A DNA stretch of 64,000 nt from an uncultured Verrucomicrobiota bacterium. GTDB taxonomy: Bacteria; Verrucomicrobiota; Verrucomicrobiia; Limisphaerales; AAA164-E04. The notes beneath the pieces were generated by a model. The model worked only from the letters and a program-made list of their open reading frames with translations. It ran no database searches and had not been told where the DNA came from. The stretch's first letter is position 1. Every line of letters begins with the position of its first letter. The stretch lies in contig CACEMW010000001.1 of NCBI GenBank assembly GCA_902560705.1, positions 20,606-84,605 of the forward strand. Reading direction: 5' to 3'. This document shows positions 59,715 to 64,000 of the stretch, piece after piece. Both the position numbers and the translations under genes were made by a program.

Positions 59715-59909
59715 AGCGTTTCAGGTGAACATGGCATCGGAGTCGAAAAGATTCCACTCATGAACAAGCAATTCACCCCGGAGGATTTACAGGTCATGAA
59801 AGACCTTCGGCATGTGTTTGATCCACAGGAAAAATGCAATCCACATAAAATGTTTCCAAGTGCCCGCCGCTGTGCCGACTTTGTCGCAAGGAAACAAGCA
59901 GCGGTCTGA
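59715..59909 (+). pseudogene. C-terminal relic of a GlcD-type FAD-linked oxidase (glycolate oxidase subunit D / D-lactate dehydrogenase family)
   Basis: Manual translation gives SVSGEHGIGVEKIPLMNKQFTPEDLQVMKDLRHVFDPQEKCNPHKMFPSARRCADF...*. This matches the recalled E. coli GlcD tail SISGEHGIGREKINQM...FDPDGLLNPGKNIPTLHRCAEF. An in-frame TAA at 59667 lies upstream, and there is no FAD-binding domain. Confidence 0.55.
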
Positions 59910-60009
59910 TGACAAAAAGCCACGGAGCTTTGCTCTCCTCTTCTCGAGGATTCAACGCCATGGTCATTTTGTGCTTTCATAAACCATAAGAGAACCGGAT
60001 CATCAATCT

Positions 60010-61329
60010 ATGAAACACCGCTCATCCATCACTCGACGTCGTTTCATCAGGCACGCGGCACTTAGCTTTGGAACCTCCGCCGTGGGTTTATCGGCTCCGT
60101 GGTTCAGCCGGGCACAAAATTCTCCAAATGGCCAATTGCGTATTGCCGCCATTGGAACGGGCGGTCGGGCCGCGGCTAATATTGCAGGAGTGGCTCATGA
60201 GCACATCGCAGCTTTGTGCGATGTCGATCAAAACCTGCTCGGAAAAGCGTCCGAAAGATGGCCTCAAGCCAAACGCTACACAGACTTTCGGGTCATGCTC
60301 GAGAAGGAATCCGAGAAAATCGATGCGGTGCTGGTAGGCACACCTGACCATACGCATGCACCTGCCGCTGCCATGGCGATGCGCCTTGGTAAACATGTTT
60401 ACTGCGAGAAGCCCCTCACCCATACATTACATGAGGCCCGCGTGCTCAGTGATTTGGCGCGACAGAATCAATTAGTCACCCAAATGGGAACCCAGATCCA
60501 TGCCGGCAACAATTATCGCCGTGTGGTCGAGCGCATTCAATCTGGAGCCATTGGTACGATCGATCGGGTCCACGTGTGGGTCAATATCGGCCATTCCTAT
60601 TCGAATGGGGTCTTTACCACTCAAACTCCCAAGCCAGCGCATCTTGATTGGGACTTGTGGCTAGGCCCTGCCGCAGAACGCCCTTACACCGAAGGAGCTC
60701 ACACTTCCAACTGGAGACAATTCTGGGACTATGGAAACGGACGCTTGGGTGATTTCGGCTGCCACTACATGGATCTGGTGCATTGGGCACTGAATTTGCG
60801 TCATCCCTCAAGAGTGCATGCCAGAGGGCCTGAGCTGGATCCGATATCCACTCCACCATGGCTCGAGGTCGACTATCATTATTCCCGCCCCGGGCAGGAA
60901 CCCCTCTACCTCACTTGGCATGGCAATCGCACACCAGAAATCCTTCAGTCCTTGAGAACCGAAGCTGGCGAGCCGATACCCTTCAACAGTGGACAGTGTT
61001 TTATCGGTAGCAAAGGCATCCTCGTCTCTGATTACGGAAAGCATCTCCTGTTGCCAGAAGACACGTTCAAGGATATTCCGGCCCCAGAACCCTTCATCGA
61101 GAATTCGATCGGTCACCACAAGGAATGGACCGAAGCCATCAAGCAGGGAGGCAGCACCACTTGTCATTTTGAATACGGAGCCGCACTCACTGAGGCAGTG
61201 CTGCTCGGCAGTGTGTCTTACCGAAGCGGGGAAGCTATTGACTACATGGCGGAATCAGCCAACACAGCTCGCCCCGGAAAAGCTCGCGACCTGCTCCACA
61301 AGGAATACCGTCGTGGTTGGTTTCTCTGA
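60010..61329 (+). CDS. Gfo/Idh/MocA family oxidoreductase with Tat signal
   Basis: SITRRRFIRHAALSFGTSAVG. Rossmann LRIAAIGTGGRA. EKPL motif. Confidence 0.85.
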   Translation: MKHRSSITRRRFIRHAALSFGTSAVGLSAPWFSRAQNSPNGQLRIAAIGTGGRAAANIAGVAHEHIAALCDVDQNLLGKASERWPQAKRYTDFRVMLEKESEKIDAVLVGTPDHTHAPAAAMAMRLGKHVYCEKPLTHTLHEARVLSDLARQNQLVTQMGTQIHAGNNYRRVVERIQSGAIGTIDRVHVWVNIGHSYSNGVFTTQTPKPAHLDWDLWLGPAAERPYTEGAHTSNWRQFWDYGNGRLGDFGCHYMDLVHWALNLRHPSRVHARGPELDPISTPPWLEVDYHYSRPGQEPLYLTWHGNRTPEILQSLRTEAGEPIPFNSGQCFIGSKGILVSDYGKHLLLPEDTFKDIPAPEPFIENSIGHHKEWTEAIKQGGSTTCHFEYGAALTEAVLLGSVSYRSGEAIDYMAESANTARPGKARDLLHKEYRRGWFL

Positions 61330-61441
61330 AACATCCTCCGGCAATATTCCATGGCACCTAGACAGGGAATCGAAAAGCATTCGGACAGGCCTCAAACAGG
61401 GCTCGGATCAGGATGAAAAGACGACGCCACGCTAAGTAGCC

Positions 61442-62335
61442 ATGACAGACCACCCATCGGCAACACCTCCATCGGGCACCTTCGCTCTTTGTTGGTTGAA
61501 CGGTCAGGCGGTGCCGTCATCAAGCGCTTCCATTTCCATATTTGATCGAGGCTTTGCATACGGAGACGGAGTCTTTGAGACATTGAGGCTGGAGCGAGGT
61601 CAACCTTTGTTCTGGACAGCTCACTGGGAGCGGATGAATACGGGTTTGGCTGCGATGGGCCTGCCACCCATGGAGTCGGCGTCGATTTGGGCGGATCGCA
61701 TACAGAAACTGGCTCAGGCTAACCATACCAAGGATGCCATTATCCGACTGCAAATCACCCGAGGCATCGGCGGCCGTGGATACGCACCCCCCATCAAGCC
61801 ATCCTTGACAAGTTTGATCACCCTTCACCATGCGCCGGAGTGGGCACAGCCGAAACCCAATTCATGGAGACTATCGGTCTCCAGCATCCGCATGCCGTCC
61901 GCGCTCCTCAACGCAACAATGAAAACTTGCAACAAATGGATGCAAATTCAGGTCAAGCGAGAGGCCTTCCAACTTGGCCTGGATGATGCCATGATTCTCA
62001 ATGAAAAAGGGAATCTTACCGAAGTGAGCTGCGCCAATTGTTTTGTCATCCACGAAAATCGTGTGATCACCCCTCCCATCTCGGATGGCTGCCTCGACGG
62101 GGTCACGAGACAACAGACGATGGCACTTGCACGGCAGCTGGGAATCCATATGAAAGAACAATCCATCGCGTTGGAGGAAGCTCTTGGATCCGATGGAATG
62201 TTTCTCACTCTCAGCACCTATGGAATGCTTCATGTTTCCAAGCTGCATGATAGAGCTTGGAGTCCTCACCCAATAACCCTCCAAGTTTACGATGCCTACC
62301 TTTCCTCTGTGGCTCAAACTCTCAACCACCACTGA
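61442..62335 (+). CDS. Aminotransferase class IV (aminodeoxychorismate lyase / branched-chain aminotransferase-like)
   Basis: FDRGFAYGDGVFET, IRLQITRG, the MKTCNKW Lys segment and LDGVTR. Confidence 0.75.
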   Translation: MTDHPSATPPSGTFALCWLNGQAVPSSSASISIFDRGFAYGDGVFETLRLERGQPLFWTAHWERMNTGLAAMGLPPMESASIWADRIQKLAQANHTKDAIIRLQITRGIGGRGYAPPIKPSLTSLITLHHAPEWAQPKPNSWRLSVSSIRMPSALLNATMKTCNKWMQIQVKREAFQLGLDDAMILNEKGNLTEVSCANCFVIHENRVITPPISDGCLDGVTRQQTMALARQLGIHMKEQSIALEEALGSDGMFLTLSTYGMLHVSKLHDRAWSPHPITLQVYDAYLSSVAQTLNHH

Positions 62336-62348
62336 GCGGGAACACGAT

Positions 62349-63767
62349 ATGGAACATCCCATGCCCCACCGTCTGAGGTTTTTCCTAGTGATAGCTTGCA
62401 GCATCAGCCTCGCATTCCAGTCCTATGCTCTGACACCTGATAACCGACCTAATATCATTCTTGTTTTTGTGGATGACATGGGTTGGGGTGATGTTTCCTG
62501 CTTTGGCAACACAGAAGCCCAGACCCCCCACATTGATAGCCTTGCTGCGGAAGGCATACGGTTCGAGCAATTCTATGTCAATTCGCCCATTTGCTCTCCA
62601 TCCCGCACGGCCATTTCGACCGGCCAATACCCTCAGCGATGGCAGATCACTTCCTATCTAGCCCATCGAAAGGCCAACACCGAACGCGGGATGGCTCAGT
62701 GGCTGAACCCGAGGGCCCCCATGTTGGCACGTCACCTCGCTGAAGCAGGATACCATACAGGGCACTTTGGCAAATGGCACATGGGTGGACAACGCGACGT
62801 CAGTGACGCTCCCCCGATTACGGACTATGGCTTCGCAGAATCCCTCACCAATTTTGAAGGCATGGGCCCGAAGCTTCTTCCACTGACTCAACTCCCCGGC
62901 CAGGAGGTTCCTAAAAAAATATGGCAGGATGCTGAGCGACTCGGGGAAGGTTATCAATGGATGCTTCGATCCGAAATCACAGGTGGTTTTGTTGATGCCG
63001 CACGCACGTTTTTGGAATCTGCCAAACAAGATGGCCAACCCAGCTACATCAATGTATGGCCAGATGATGTGCACAGCCCATTTTGGCCGCCAACCGATCG
63101 TTGGGCGGAATCCAAACGTGACAAATATCTTGCAGTATTGGAAACCATGGACCAGCAGCTAGGAGGCTTGTTTCACTACATCAAGGAGGACCCTTACTAC
63201 CGCGACAATACCTTGATCCTGATCTGCTCGGACAATGGCCCCGAAAAAGGAGCAGGACGAGCAGGACCTTTTCGGGGTTTCAAGACCTACCTTTACGAAG
63301 GTGGCATCAGATCCTCCCTTATTGCCTGGGGACCCCGCTGGATAACGAAAAAGGGGTACGTCAACAAGGAGAGCGTTTTTTCCGCCATCGATCTGGTTCC
63401 AAGCTTACTGGAGTTTGCTGGAGTTTCCCCTGACCAAGAGATGCGATTCGATGGCGAGCCCCTGCTCGGCACTCTTCTGGGCAATACCTATCAGTCACGA
63501 GTCCAACCTCTTTTCTTTCGACGCCCCCCTGACCGAAATGCCTTTTACGGAGTGAAAGACTTGCCAGATCTCGCTGTAAGGCATCAGCATTGGAAACTGC
63601 TCTGTGAATATGACGGGTCTCAAACAGAACTGTACGATCTGGCCAAAGATCCCGGTGAAACAAACGATTTGGCAGAAAGATACCCTGAAAAAGTGAATCG
63701 CCTGAAAAGAATGTTGTTGGAATGGCACCACTCCATGCCACCGGACAAAGGATCTCATTGGGACTGA
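62349..63767 (+). CDS. Cys-type sulfatase (arylsulfatase A family), secreted
   Basis: Start ATG 62349 (MEHPMPHRLRFFLVIACSISLAF signal). PNIILVFVDDMGWGD. CSPSRTAISTG (CxPxR formylglycine motif). Confidence 0.9.
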   Translation: MEHPMPHRLRFFLVIACSISLAFQSYALTPDNRPNIILVFVDDMGWGDVSCFGNTEAQTPHIDSLAAEGIRFEQFYVNSPICSPSRTAISTGQYPQRWQITSYLAHRKANTERGMAQWLNPRAPMLARHLAEAGYHTGHFGKWHMGGQRDVSDAPPITDYGFAESLTNFEGMGPKLLPLTQLPGQEVPKKIWQDAERLGEGYQWMLRSEITGGFVDAARTFLESAKQDGQPSYINVWPDDVHSPFWPPTDRWAESKRDKYLAVLETMDQQLGGLFHYIKEDPYYRDNTLILICSDNGPEKGAGRAGPFRGFKTYLYEGGIRSSLIAWGPRWITKKGYVNKESVFSAIDLVPSLLEFAGVSPDQEMRFDGEPLLGTLLGNTYQSRVQPLFFRRPPDRNAFYGVKDLPDLAVRHQHWKLLCEYDGSQTELYDLAKDPGETNDLAERYPEKVNRLKRMLLEWHHSMPPDKGSHWD

Positions 63768-63798
63768 ACCTGAACACACTTTATCCATAGACCAAACC

Positions 63799-64000
63799 AT
63801 GAAACAAACCCTTCGCAAAACGCCAACTTTTCTAACGTCTTTGGGGGACCTTTTCCCCTATCTCTCTCTGGCATGGGTCCTGACAGTCTCTACACCTGCT
63901 GAGACCCTTGAGCAGCAGGCCATTTACTGCAGCAAACATGGCCACTTCCTGCAGGATGCCACCATGCTGGATGCCCAACGCTACGCACCCAGTCGGCTTG
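63799..64000 (+). CDS. Hypothetical protein, 5' part only (runs off window)
   Basis: Open frame from ATG 63799 (MKQTLRKTPTFLTSLGDLFPYLSLAWVLTVSTPAE...), possibly a signal peptide. I recognise no motif. Confidence 0.35.
   Translation, partial: MKQTLRKTPTFLTSLGDLFPYLSLAWVLTVSTPAETLEQQAIYCSKHGHFLQDATMLDAQRYAPSRL

Overview
Dense 64-kb chromosomal window with moderate GC. The gene content looks like the PVC superphylum, most likely Verrucomicrobiota: a DUF1501/DUF1800 pair, Tat-signal Gfo/Idh/MocA oxidoreductases, a Cys-type sulfatase, and a DUF4159-MoxR-DUF58-BatA-like operon. I support about 50 protein-coding genes, many translationally coupled through ATGA/GTGA start-stop overlaps. I saw no rRNA, tRNA, CRISPR array, transposase, integrase or prophage signal. 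The supplied ORF track prints M for GTG/TTG starts, takes the longest ORF, and omits ORFs that run off the window, so several starts were re-derived by hand. One large truncated gene at the left edge (1..1780, minus) was added from my own translation. Housekeeping anchors are clpS, aat, nadE, serA, dnaK-groES-groEL, mdh, a CopA-type ATPase, an RND efflux triad and a Prc-type S41 protease. The observations most worth follow-up are: (1) a clpS-orf170-aat operon with an uncharacterised gene tightly coupled between the two N-degron genes, followed by an unusual protease fusion; (2) a co-directional, tightly packed block of a HemN-like radical SAM enzyme, a UbiC-like chorismate lyase, a halogenase-like flavoenzyme and a GT4 glycosyltransferase; (3) an operon of a degenerate NifS-like protein (PLP lysine replaced by Arg), a prenyltransferase-type alpha-toroid repeat protein and a DUF2088-like protein; (4) a DERA/DeoC homologue that appears to lack the Schiff-base Lys and the catalytic Asp; (5) a beta-carbonic anhydrase interrupted by a single in-frame TAG; (6) an oversized DUF1800 protein with two copies of an inserted beta-sandwich module; (7) a C-terminal relic of glcD. 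All family calls rest on motif recognition and alignments recalled from memory. No database search was run.
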